Part shown: piece by piece, positions 12,955 to 24,760 of the stretch
Position numbering within the stretch: position 1 is the first letter of the stretch
Layout of the letters: each line of letters starts with the position of its first letter
Assembly: GCF_018350175.1 (NCBI RefSeq)
Contig: NC_058368.1
Span: 128,466,001-128,530,000, forward strand
DNA: 64,000 nt
From: Felis catus
Lineage: Eukaryota
Reading direction: 5' to 3'
The notes under the pieces: model-generated
Told to the model about the DNA's origin: nothing
Database searches by the model: none
Seen by the model: only the letters and a program-made list of their open reading frames with translations
Position numbers and translations under genes: made by a program

Positions 12955-13385
12955 AAAATGTGCTTTGGAGATGAAAAGTTCAGCACAGGGAATATAGTTA
13001 ATAATGCTGTAATGGTGACAGATGGTAACCACTCTTATCATGGTGAGTGTAGAGTAATGTAAAGAACTGCTGGGGCGCCTGGGTGGCGCAGTCAGTTAAG
13101 CGTCCAACTTCAGCCAGGTCACGATCTCGCGGTCCGTGAGTTCGAGCCCCGTGTCAGGCTCTGGGCTGATGGCTCGGAGCCTGGAGCCTGTTTCCGATTC
13201 TGTGTCTCCCTCTCTCTCTCTGCCCCTCCCCCGTTCATGCTCTGTCTCTCTCTGTCCCAAAAAAAAATAAATAAACGTTGAAAAAAAAATTAAAAAAAAA
13301 AAAGAACTGCTGAATTAATATCCTGTATATCTAAAACTAATATAACAGTGTATGTCAATTATACTTCAATAATAAAATTTTTTAA
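12955..13385 (+). mobile_element. L1 3' end fragment interrupted by a SINE
   Basis: cacagggaatatagttaataat...tatatctaaaactaatataacagtgtatgtcaattatacttcaat continues on both sides of the SINE. Confidence 0.75.
13072..13300 (+). mobile_element. Young SINEC_Fc-type SINE
   Basis: CpG-rich and near consensus. Perfect TSD aaagaactgct at 13061-13071 and 13301-13311. Confidence 0.95.
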
Positions 13386-13941
13386 AAGCATTTGAGAAAA
13401 AAAATATATATGCCAAATCAACAGTGGAGTTGCAAAAATGACAGGTATTCCTGAACAGGAGAAAAACAGAAAAATATTCAAATAGATCATAACATATTTT
13501 TCTGAAAAAATGAAAATCAAAACTAATCTTTATGTCAAAATACTTACCATGTATCAGGAAGTAAATACTAATGAATAAACAAATACAGATGTATGTACAG
13601 TTCTTGTATTGCAAGGATAAACAAAATTTCTATAAGTATGATGAAAGAAGCAACAAATCTTAAAATGAAAAAATGTCAGACTTGTCCCACAAGTTTCTTA
13701 ACACCAATTTACCACAAAAAAAGGATCAATATATATATAGACTGATAGAAAAATTGGTATAATCTAAGCATTCTTAATATATTTAAAATGTTCAAGTAGA
13801 AAAGGAAAAAAAACATTAAAGTCAAACTTGTTATTATTATTTCTAACATGAGCTATTATTACAGGATAAATAATTTGAATAATTATTTTAATGCCTCAAG
13901 TATAAAAAGTGACCAAACTAGCAGTTAAAAATACCTTAAAA

Positions 13942-14162
13942 GGGGCACCTGGGTGGCTCAGTCCGTTGACCGTCTGACTTCAGCTCAGGTCATGATCTAA
14001 CACGGCTTGTGAGTTCGAGCCCCACATCGGGCTCTGTGCTGACAGCTCAGAGCCTGGAGCCTGCTTCAGAATCTGTGTGTGTGTGTGTGTGTGTGTGTCT
14101 TTCTGCCCCTCCCCTGCTCATACTCTGTCTCTCTTTCTCAAAAATAAATGAACATTTAAAAA
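13942..14162 (+). mobile_element. Can-SINE with internal (TG)n expansion
   Basis: ggggcacctgggtggctcag head; (tg)n at about 14074-14098. Confidence 0.9.
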
Positions 14163-14283
14163 GGATACTCTTATGAGATAATTGGCAAAATATAAATACT
14201 GGTTGAATTCTTGATGATGATGATGTTTTATTTCAATGTAATTATAATATTATGGCTATATTTTGATGTCTGAAAATATTTTT

Positions 14284-14734
14284 ATTTTTTTAGTATTTTC
14301 TAAAGTTTATTTATTTATTTTGAGAGAGAGAGAGGGGAGGGATAGGGCAGAAATACAGAGGGAAAGAGAGAATCCCAAGCAGGCACCACACTGTCCACAC
14401 ACAGCCAGATGTAGGGCTGGATCTCACCAACCAGGAGATCACGACTTAAGATGCAATGTGTTTTTTTTTTTTTATTGTTTGTTTATTTTTGAGACAGAGA
14501 GAGACAGAGCATGAATGGGAGAGGGGCAGAGAGAGAGGGAGACACAGAATCGGAAGCAGGCTCCAGGCTCTGAGCCATCAGCCCAGAGCCCGATGCGGGG
14601 CTCGAAATCACGGACTGCGAGATCGTGACCTGGCTGAAGTCGGACGCTCAACCGACTGAGCCACCCAGGCGCCCCACGACTTAAGATGAAATCAAGAGTT
14701 GGACACTTAACCAACTGAGCCACACAGGCACCCC
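14284..14734 (-). mobile_element. Older Can-SINE interrupted by a nested younger SINE
   Basis: Tail at about 14284-14320, head ends at 14734. TSD tgaaaatattttt at 14271-14283 and 14735-14747. Confidence 0.85.
14458..14675 (-). mobile_element. Young SINEC_Fc nested in the older SINE
   Basis: TSD acgacttaagatg at 14441-14453 and 14676-14688; CpG-rich. Confidence 0.93.
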
Positions 14735-14747
14735 TGAAAATATTTTT

Positions 14748-14964
14748 TTATTTATTAAAAAAAATTTTTTTTAATGTTAATTTATTTTTGAGGTGGGGAA
14801 GGGCAGAGAGAGAGAAGGGGAGACACAGAATCCGAAGCAGGCTCCAGGCTCTGAGCTTTCAGCACAGAGCCTGACATGGGGCTTGGACTCATGAACTGTG
14901 AGATCATGACCTGAGCCAAAACCAATAGTCAGGCACTTAACCAACTGAGCCACCCAGGCACCCC
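14748..14964 (-). mobile_element. Can-SINE
   Basis: T-rich tail, gagacacagaatccgaagcaggctcc body, head ends gccacccaggcacccc. Confidence 0.9.
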
Positions 14965-14969
14965 TAGAA

Positions 14970-15400
14970 CATTTCTATGGAGACCTCCAAAGGCACCTGG
15001 ATATTTGGATCTGGAATTAGGAGAGAGATCTGGGCCAAGGATGTACTATTGGGGGTCATTATCACATAAAAGATGAACCATAGAGCCATGCAAGTGGCTG
15101 AGGAAAGAGCATAGAGTAAGAAGCCTGAGTGATTCAAGTCAGAATCTTGAGGACTCAATCTTCACAGGAGGAATGGTACATGAGAAAACTATAAAAAAGA
15201 ATGAGGAGTGGCCAGAGAGGCAGAAGGAGAACCAGAGAAGTAGGCTGTCTGGAGGCCAAGGGAAGAGTTAATCTTTGGAAGGAGTCAAAGGATAAAATGA
15301 AGCAGAGAGACAAAGTAAAATGTAGACTGAAAAGTGATACTGGATTTAATAAAAGGAAGTCACTGATGCTCTCAGCAGGAACAATTTCAGTCAAGTATCC
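14970..15400. mobile_element. L2 fragment
   Basis: ggagagagatctgggcc...gaagagttaatctttggaaggag...ctcagcaggaacaatttcagt, L2-like. Confidence 0.55.
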
Positions 15401-16364
15401 TACACAAGATAGAAATGCAACAAAAGTTTGCTGAAAGACATTCATAAAAACACAAAGTTCTTAAAATTAAAATCTTAAATTAAACCTTAAAGTTCTTAAA
15501 ATTAAAATTAAAATCGCTGATGTGCTGTGTTAGTGTGTTAGCGTGTTGTTGCTTCTGTTAGTGACCATCCTTCTCTTCAACAAGTTCCCCAAACATCTGG
15601 GTACCACGTGCAGTGTAAACAGCCATGAGGAATGCTAGCCACAGGCCTGTAACTCACCAGGGAAGTCTCCATAAATAAAAGTTCTCACACAAATGGGGAC
15701 TTAACGGACAGAATCAGAACTGTTCAAACTTTGTTGAATTTTTCCTGTCAGTGGATAATCCGAAGCTTAGAGGAGCATTGTAAGCCACAGGAATATGTCT
15801 AGTTTTTATCTCCAATGAAATAAAGACTGAAAACTAGTACCAAAGAAGACCACTGGTAGGATATTAATATTATCGTCTTTGGATGGTAACAGTATGGATG
15901 ATTTTCACTTTTTGCCTTTTTCTTTAAGCCATTTAAAATGTTGCTGTTCTTAAAAGACATCGTAGGCATGACTGAAAACTAGGGTTTTTTGTGTGTTGGT
16001 AAAGGAATTCCTGAACTAAAGATATATTTTATTTTATTCTTTTATTGACACATCAGGGGGAAAAATATCAAATGACATCATCTTTCTGTTTTCCTTTGGT
16101 AGCAGTAGAAAGAAAACAAGCCAGGAAAAGCATGCTGGGCTGGCTCAGGAAGCAGGAAAAAAAAAACAAAACACTTTAAAATGAATAATTTTTTCCTGTA
16201 ATTTAACATTTTAATCATATACCTTCTATCAAAATCCTATGTGTAACTTTCACATTTTGTAAATTTAAAAATACCATTGAATCTTTTAACAAAAACTAGC
16301 TAATTTCATGCTATTTTCATAAGACAATATACCAAGTTTGGGGGTTTTAAAATCCTATTTTCAG

Positions 16365-16585
16365 TGAGCTTTGGAGTCAGTGGGCCTGGGTTCTGACCCT
16401 GGGCTTTCCTACTGACTCGTGTGATCTGGGGCCACTGACTTCACTTTTCCATGCTTACTTCCCTCATATGTGAATTGGGCATAAAGCAGCATGTAACTCA
16501 TAGGGGATTTAGTGAGTATGTAAAGAGCCTATATGTAAAGAGCCTAGCACAACCTAAGGGCTCAGTAATTATGCACTGCTATTAC
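16365..16585. mobile_element. MIR
   Basis: ctttggagtcag...cctgggttctga...tgtgatctgggg...tgtaaagagcctagcaca. Confidence 0.7.
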
Positions 16586-16763
16586 TACAACACATATCAA
16601 TTCTGTCAGCATAGCAGAATCACCTCTGCAGGATTTAAAAATCAAATGGTCAAAAAAATGACCCTGACCGAACTGCATCAGAATTCTAGGGCATGGGGTC
16701 CTAGGCATCCATAAGCTGCTGAGGTGACCATTATGAAATGTCAGAGTTAAGAACCAAGGGTTC

Positions 16764-16974
16764 AGGAGCACCTGGGTGGCTCAGTCAGTTGGGCGTCCAA
16801 CTTCGGCTAAGGTCATGATCTCATAGCTTGTGAGTTTGAGCCCCACATCAGGCTCTGTGCTGACAGCTCAGAGCCTGGAGCCTGCTTCTGGTTCTGTGTC
16901 TCCTTTTCTCTCTGCCCCTCCTCTGCTCACACTCTGTGTCTGTCTCTCCCTCAAAAATAAATAAACAAACAAAA
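16764..16974 (+). mobile_element. Can-SINE
   Basis: TSD aagaaccaa(g/a)ggtt at 16749-16762 and 16975-16988. Confidence 0.9.
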
Positions 16975-17203
16975 AAGAACCAAAGGTTTAGTGCTTCTTT
17001 AACCTACACCTATGGCCTCAGCATCCCTTACTACGTGCTCTGTAGTGGTCTTTTATGTGGTTTCCCTGCCCTGGATCCAATTTGCTACATCTTGTCTTCC
17101 ATACAACTGCCAAGTTCACTTTCTAAAAGTACAGCTCTGTTCAGATTATTCCTCTGCTTCAATCAGCTCTCCCTACTGAGCAAATAAAAGTCAAAGTCTT
17201 TAT

Positions 17204-17419
17204 GGGGCGCCTGGGTGGCGCAGTCGGTTAAGCGTCCGACTTCAGCCAGGTCACGATCTCGCGGTCCGTGAGTTCGAGCCCCGCGTCAGGCTCTGGGCTC
17301 AGAGCCTGGAGCCTGTTTCCAATTCTGTGTCTCCCTCTCTCTCTGCCCCTCCCCCGTTCATGCTCTGTCTCTCTCTGTCCCAAAAATAAATAAAAAATGT
17401 TGAAAAAAAAAGAAAAAAA
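17204..17419 (+). mobile_element. Young SINEC_Fc with a 7-nt internal deletion, inserted in an L2 remnant
   Basis: TSD aaaagtcaaagtcttta at 17186-17202 and 17420-17436. Reads ctctgggctcagagcc, versus ctctgggctgatggctc in the 13072 copy. Confidence 0.94.
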
Positions 17420-19160
17420 AAAAGTCAAAGTCTTTAATATGATGTTCATGACTCTGGTTATTGTTAACACTGACAACTGTTCATTTTTCCTGCCTTCTTT
17501 CTCAATGATGGTTATACCTTTCTAGATAGGAAGCCCACGTCCCTGTGAGGTAGGGGCTCCCCACGACAAGATGTCTATAAATCACGTACAGATGGTGACT
17601 TGTTTAGGGAGTTATAGAGGGGACTGCTTGATGACATTTAAAGGCTGTGATCAGACTAAATTTAAAGTCTATGATAAAGACTCACTCTGTGATCCTACAA
17701 ATTATAAAAGGTTCAGGGGTGAAGTGAGCTCTGTTTTCCCCACAGACAAGAGGCTGAGGGGAAGAGTGCTTCATGTACCTTCTATTTGGCATCAGGGCTG
17801 GATTTAAGTGTCATAAGTAAAGAGAGCCAAGATGAAATAAGAGGATAGGAAGGCAGGTTGTCTGAAATCCATGCCCCAGTGATTACCGCAGTTCTGACTT
17901 ATTGCTAGGCTAACAATATTTTTTCAAAGAGTGTTCCAGAGAGAGAGAGTACAGGGAAAGTAGAAGTGCCACATACATAGAATTTTAATGAGCTTTTCCA
18001 TCAACTACTTGTAAGAGAGTATTCTCTTCTTAAATAGCATGTACTAGCTCAAGTACACCCTTTAAAATTCAAAGCACCAACAAGATGAAGAAGTTCGAAG
18101 GAAAAGCAAACATGTGCCTCCAGCATGTAGTGAAATACTAAAGGTTCCGAATGGCAGCAACCTTATTCATACTCCGACTTCTTGTAAAAAGATCATAACT
18201 AGGTTTGAAAAGCCATTGTTACTAACCAAACACAAGGAAAATTACTTCTAAAACATTAAAAAGTTTCCATTTTTCTACAGTCCAAAATGCTACTAGAACA
18301 TTATTTCAAAATTTGACATTTCGTATCTAAGAATCACCATAAATCCTCTTACAGCTTAGTGTTAATTAAGTCATATTTAAATCTGTAGCTGTGGAATTTT
18401 CCACATGAAATAACTATGCAGTATCACCACTTCCCTAGCAATCAGAAAACCAAAGAATAACAGTAGGTTTCCCGAATGCTACTCAGGAATAGGGCCAATG
18501 CCAAGAATACATTTGAAATTCTTGGCCCTTGATCATGGGTTCAGACCTTCCCAGAGCAAGCAAAGTAAAACTGGACTGAGATGGCCAGGAGTGATTTCTA
18601 ATGGCTCTCCGAGATCAATATCACACTAAGCAGAAGCAAAAACCTCTCCTGTTACACCTGATAGTGTTCTCACAAAGTTGTAAATCTAACACAAAACATT
18701 TTAACCCTCTAGTCCCTGAGTTAAAAAAATAGGAAGAGATATTTAAAAAAAGCATACGCTACATTAAAAGTATTTTCAGAGGAAAGTAGTCTTTCCGTCA
18801 TCTGTAACACCACCACCATTTATGCTGAGATACTTCCTAAGTAACAGAGCACTTTCATGTATATTGTCTGGTAGCTCATAGGTACCATTCTCACCTCTGT
18901 TTTGCTAGAAAAGAAACATCTATTTAACACAGACAATCATTTGTTCAAGACCACATAGCCTGTCCAGTGAAGTAGAACTTAAATCTAGGTCTTCTCATTA
19001 TACATCCCTAAATCCTCTCTCCTCTCTCCCTAACCACTTCCAGCCCTTTATCATTCTTTATTCTCATATTACTTTATTATTACATATTACTCATATCCTT
19101 TATTCTCATATTAGTCGGCTTTTCAATGTAAGTATTCCTAATAAAAAAAAGAGTCACTCC

Positions 19161-19385
19161 GGGGCGCCTGGGTGGCTCAGTCGGTTGAGCTTCGGCTCAG
19201 GTCAGCCAACTTCGGCTCAGGTCATGATCTCACGGTCCGTGAGTTCGAGCCCCACGTCGGGTTCTGTGCTGACAGCTCAGAGCCTGGAGCCTGCTTTGGA
19301 TTCTGTGTCTCCCTCTCTCTCTGACCCTCCCTGTTCATGTTCTGTCTCTCTCTGTCTCAAAAATAAATAAACATTAAAAAAAAAA
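19161..19385 (+). mobile_element. Can-SINE with internal 15-nt duplication
   Basis: cttcggctcaggtca at 19190-19204 and 19210-19224; flanks agtcactcc and agtcattcc. Confidence 0.92.
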
Positions 19386-20497
19386 AAGTCATTCCATGGA
19401 TAAAAGTGGAAGTGGAATTCAGAAGCAGTTCATTTAAAAACATTTTATACTTCTAGCAGTATACAGGTATTAGTCATTATCTAAATTGATTTGGCTCTTG
19501 AGTTAGGATATTGATTATCTGAATGTCTTGAGCTCTTGCATTTGGTATAGTGAATAGCAAGACTTGGATAGCAAGAAACTTGTGCTTCCAGATGGGTCCA
19601 TTTCAAAAAATATACCCAAATCTATTTGGCTCCCAAGTTCAAATCATGAGATTTTGGGTAGCAAGGTACACCTTTACTTTGAAAAGCAATGAAAATATTA
19701 ATATTTTTAAAAATATAAAACAAATAAAAGTGAAAGCCGTTAGAACGAGACAAAAAATTAGAACTTAAATACTGAATGTATGAGAACTACTGTAAATTTT
19801 CAGAGAAGCATAACCTCTCAAGAAATCTGTGTGTTCTCAAAATCATTATATTCACTGAAAAACTAAAGAAAAAAAAGGAAGAAATATGGAAATAATCATT
19901 CTCCATCCCCCTGCCAGATTGAAGCTGCTCTATTTATAGGATACTAAAAAAACCCTTGGCGTTCTTCAAGGGCAAATCTGTTGAGACCTTTTTTAGTGAA
20001 ATAAAATTGGTCTTTAGCAGTCTCCTGAGAAAGATGGCAATCATGAGACAGTGTATCTTTGCTGAAATCCGCATGAATTAGAAAATAATTCCAGTTGCGC
20101 TAAATGCCAAGAGGTCACACTTTTTCTTCCTGCATTTGGTGAACATGTGATTTCTGGATAAGGAAGAACTAATCTAAAGTAGTGATGGTGGTGAATACGT
20201 GTAAAATAATTCAAATGTGAAATACCAGAATACCAATCAAAATCAGAAAACAAAAGCTCTAGTCTTTTCTGCTAACAACTAACCACAGTCTCAGGAAGGT
20301 CACATCTCTGAGCTTCAGTGTCTTACATTCTAATGTGAGGAGTTAGTTCTTTGAAGATGCCTAGGTCCAACTCAGCTCTACCACACTCCGATTCCTTGTT
20401 TATTTAAAAGTTGTTTTGCCTTTGTTATATTTTTTAAATGCTTTGTGATGGTTATAAAAGCAACACATGTTTGTGCAGTATAAAACATAGATAAGTA

Positions 20498-20698
20498 GGG
20501 GCATCTGGGTGGTTCAGTTGGTTAAGCGTCTGACTTTTGGTTTCAACTCAGGTCATAATCTTGAGGTTTTTGAGTTCAAGGACTGCATCAGGCTCTGCAC
20601 TGGCAGCGCGGGGAGCCTGCTTGGGATTCTATTTCCCTCTCTCTCTGTCCCTCTCCCACTCTGTCTCTCTCAAAATGAATAAAATAAAAATAAATAAA
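20498..20698 (+). mobile_element. Can-SINE
   Basis: TSD taaaacatagataagta at 20481-20497 and 20699-20715. Confidence 0.92.
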
Positions 20699-21361
20699 TA
20701 AAACATAGATAAGTAAATAGACCCATACATCCCATCACACAGAAACAAGTGTTCTCACAAAAGAAATGTACTGATGTTTTATAACCTGTTTTTCATTTAA
20801 CATATTTAAACTTGAATTGGCACTAAACGTTCTTCTGGAACATTGATTTTTATTTTTTAAAATGTGCAAAACAAGAAGGCAGACACTTCAGTATTACTCA
20901 GAGATTGCCCTATGAAAATTCCCTGCCCTTTCTGATACATCCCTGAGGGTGCAGGCCCTCCTATTCAAGATTTATCATTAATGGCATTAAGTGCTATTTC
21001 CCTTAGGAGCATTAGGGCAGAATCAAGCTAAGAGCACTGTGCTTCAAAAATCAGTTTTAATGATTACTGAGTTGGAATGTACCATCATTTATTAACCAAT
21101 TTCTTTCACTGGATATTACAGCTATTTTCATTATTATAAACATTATTATAAACAAACATCTGTGTAGCTCTTTGTACATATTTGTAATGAGAACAGTGAC
21201 ACTTCCGTTTCATTAACTAGTAATAAAAATCAATATTTGAAGTGTCTACAAGGGAGTATTAAGTTGTAGTCTCTCATTCTGTTTCACTAAAATCCTATGA
21301 AATATAGGAATCTGATATGAAAAAGAAAGATGTTCCTTAAGTAGGAAATTTGGTTACTTAC

Positions 21362-21425
21362 CAGCATCTTTGATCCAATTATCATAAAGACGCACAGTCC
21401 TCGAAGTAAGATCACTGAAGGCCAT
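21362..21425 (-). CDS. ELOVL7: ELOVL7 first coding exon (64 nt CDS): MAFSDLTSRTVRLYDNWIKDA + G
   Basis: ATG at 21425-21423 in the context gaaaATGG. Translation matches the ELOVL7 N-terminus. Donor G|GTAAGT begins at 21361 (phase 1). Confidence 0.96.
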
Positions 21426-21459
21426 TTTCCACAGGATTTACTGGCTCTTACAATGGGTT
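21426..21459 (-). other. ELOVL7: 5'UTR portion of the first coding exon (probable acceptor AG at 21461-21460)
   Basis: Minus strand reads ctcatttctcttttattgtactgaAG|AACCCATTG, 34 nt before the ATG. An alternative acceptor (ttttatttgcatttatAG|) would start the exon at 21493. Confidence 0.6.
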
Positions 21460-22045
21460 CTTCAGTACAATAAAAGAGAAATGAGTTTATGATCTATAAA
21501 TGCAAATAAAACCAAATTCTAATATAACAATATTATAAATGCTAAATATTTAATAGGAATACTTGGCAAAACAACAAACTTGTACTGAGGGTAAATGCAT
21601 TAGTGAATCACATTAAACCCTGATACAGTGGCAAACATTTAAGATTTTTCACCATTATAAGAACAATGCTTACTTTGCTGAAAAAGGCTGACATTCTAGG
21701 TAAAAGACATAAAATGAATAAATGATTTTAAGAACTTTCATAAGCGTATCTCCCTTTTATTGAAACCACACAGATCAGAAAAGGACTGTACCTCCCATGG
21801 CAATTCTGAAATAAAAACCTAGTAGAAGAAAGTCAAGAAGATACACAAACCTTCAGAGAAGCTACTCTGATCCAAAACTTACAGCTGATCTTCAGGCATA
21901 ATAAGGTCTTCTATATGCAAGTCTTTACAATTTAAGTGGAATACAGGTAGAAAGAGGAAGGAAAGAAGATCCACAACAACCAAGGAAAAGCTGCCTCCTT
22001 TACCTTGACAGAAAGATAAGAATAGTTGGAAAAAAAGTCTTCTGG

Positions 22046-22136
22046 AAAGGAAGGAAGGAAGGAAGGAAGGAAGGAAGGAAGGAAGGAAGGAAGGAAAGAA
22101 GGAAGGAAGCAAGGAAGGAAGGAAGGAAGGAAGGGA

Positions 22137-22188
<52 letters not shown>

Positions 22189-22210
22189 GAAAGAAAAGAA
22201 AAAAGAAAGG
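22046..22210. repeat. (GGAA)n(GAAA)n compound purine microsatellite
   Basis: About 165 nt of nearly pure purine tetranucleotide repeats. Confidence 0.97.
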
Positions 22211-22359
22211 GATAAGTGATGGGAAACTAGCTCTATTATGTATTAAAAGATATTCTAAATCTTTAATAATTAAAGTGTGACACTGGCACATGAAGAAGCA
22301 AACCAATGGAACAGAGCAGAACATCCACGAATACATCAAATACCGTTAAGAATTTAGAA

Positions 22360-22470
22360 CGGTATTTTGTAAATTCTCAGATGTACACTTTCCCACATTT
22401 TAACTTCTCTATAATTAGCATACATCTTACAAGTGGATGGTGTGTTATCAAATGAACAGTGTATTTGATT
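22360..22470. mobile_element. Possible Tc2/Kanga (MER104-like) DNA transposon fragment
   Basis: cggtatttt...ctcagatgtacactttcccacattttaacttctct...catcttacaagtggatggtgtgtta resembles the recalled MER104 consensus. Confidence 0.45.
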
Positions 22471-22865
22471 CAAAGTCATAAAGTGGGAAAATGAAATAGC
22501 TCTGGAGATGGATGGTGGTGACAGTTGCACAACAATGTAACTGTACTTAATGCGACTGAACTTTACACTTAAAAATGGTTAAAATGGTAAATTTTACATT
22601 ATGTCAATTTTATCATGATAAAAAAAGAAATCCTTTATGCCTGCAACAGGAAAATTCAAACTTTCTTCTAGCATTCTGAAATAAATCCATTTTAGAATAT
22701 ATATATACATATATACACAAAATATATAAATATATATACAAATATATTACAAATACAAATACAAAATATATAAATATATTTTAAGACATATGGTATATGA
22801 TAATGGTAGCATCTCAAACCAATGGGCACTGAATTGCCAGCAGTTCTTCAAAAAATGGTGTGATA

Positions 22866-23083
22866 AGACCACCTGGGTGGACGAGTGGGTTAAGCGTCCG
22901 ACTTCGGTTCAGGTCTAATCTCGCAGTTCACAAGTTCAAGCCCCACATTAGGCTCTGTGCTGACAGCTCCGAGCCTAAAGCCTGCTTCAGATTCTGTGTG
23001 TGTGTCTCTCTCTCTGCCCCTCCGCTGCTCATGCTCTCTGTCTCTCTCTCCCTCTCTCTCAAAAATAAATAAAACCATTTTTT
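22866..23083 (+). mobile_element. Can-SINE
   Basis: TSD aaaatggtgtgata at 22852-22865 and 23084-23097. Confidence 0.9.
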
Positions 23084-24504
23084 AAAATGGTGTGATAGAA
23101 CTAGATGGCCATCTAGAAAAAAACTAAGTTGAGTCCAAACATTATACTATAAACCAAGATAAACTCCAAGTAGATCAAAGATTTAAATAAGAAAAACAGA
23201 ACCATGAAAGTACTAGATGGCAAAAAAGAACACTTTTCTCACCTTGGAGTGGGAAAGGAGTTTCTAACTTTGACTTAAAATCCAAAAGATGTAAGAGAAG
23301 ACTAACAAATTTAGCCACATGAAAATCAAGAGGAAAAAAGTAAAAAGTAAAAAGTAAAAAATGGCCAACAGGAAAAGAATATGTCCACTTCATACACAAA
23401 TGCTACTCTCCTTAATAAAGAGTTCCAAGAAATTGATAAGAAAAAGACCTAGAAGTCAAGAAAAACATGGGCAAATTTCATTGGAAAAGAAATACAAATG
23501 GCTCTTAAACATATGAAAAGTTGTTTAATTTTAAACAGATAAGAAATCTACAATATTTTATCATAGCGGATGGACCAAAGTCCAAACATTTTTATCAATC
23601 AGATTGGCCAAAATCCAAAAATGTGTTGACAGGACTGTGGCAAACTCATACAGTGCTGGTCGGATTGCAAATGAGCATAACCCTTAGTAATGGCAATTTG
23701 GCACTAACTATAAATGTGTATCTTTTATCCTAGCAATGCTACTCCTAGAAACTCATCCTACAGATACACATGCACATGTACAGAATGACATATATTCAAG
23801 GTTATTCATTGCATCAGTTAGTAACAGCAAAAGACTAGAAACAAGCCAAGTGTCTATTAAAAGCAGACTGGTTAATAAATCATAATGCATCTAAACCATG
23901 AAATATTATGCTATTGTAAGTAAGAATGAGGAAGTGCTCCATGTGCTGATATGGAAAGATATCCAAGATAAATGTCTATGTGAAAAAAAGCAAAGGAAGG
24001 TACATAATTTTTAAATGACTAACTTTTACATTAAAAAGGAAGGAAGGAATGAGAATACAAGTTTGCATTTATTTATTTTAGCACAAAACAGACTGTAAAA
24101 AGATATCCATGGGTAAGGGAATGGTACAAACTGGGGTGCAGGGATAGTAGGTAGATCTCATACTGTAGTTTAAACTAATGTTAATATATTACTTATCCAA
24201 AAATAAAGAACTGAAATATTTTAAAGGAAAAAAAAGAATAGGATCAGCCATATCTTTGCTGGGACATTACTACTTAAACATCCACACACAAATGCACATA
24301 TACACCAAAGAGAGATTTTTATCTTACTTCCTCAAGGGTTCGTCCCCTCCAGAGGATCTCTCCAAGTTCAGGGAAGTATCTCAGCCTGGCTTTGACACAT
24401 TCTGTCTCCTTGAGCTGAATTCAGACTCAAGATTGGCTGTGGTGATGCCAGAGTCTTGCTGGAGTCAGCCTGGACTCTTGCTTTCCTATGGATCGTTTCC
24501 ATAA

Positions 24505-24760
24505 TGAAGGTATGATGTGGGGTCAGGAGCAGGGGCTCTAGGGTCACAAAAGGCTTCGTTTGAATCCTACCACTTAATAGCTGTGTGATTCTGGGAAAAC
24601 TGAAAGCTCAATGTCCTAATCTGTAATATGGTGATTCTACAACCTGCCAAGATAAACTAACTCAGAGTTACTTTTGAGGACCATACGAGATTATGCCTTT
24701 TTGTTAAGTTTAGAGCACAGAATCTGATAAAGAATGAACATTTAATCAAAGTCAGACATC
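24505..24760. mobile_element. MIR
   Basis: tttgaatcctaccacttaatagctgtgtgattctggg...ctgtaatatgg. Confidence 0.65.

Larger units (their letters stand above)
21600..24240 (+). mobile_element. Ancient fragmented L1M (ORF2 3' part and 3'UTR) with nested insertions
   Basis: L1-like motifs aataattaaagtgtgacactggc, aaactccaagtagatcaaagatttaaat, aaatacaaatggctcttaaacatatgaaaag, agcaaaagactagaaacaagccaagtgtc. A second L1 tail lies at about 22480-22625. Confidence 0.7.

Noticed and set aside
21879..22339. Low-complexity ORFs (FLPS/RKEG repeats)
   Set aside because: These are translations of the GGAA/GAAA microsatellite.
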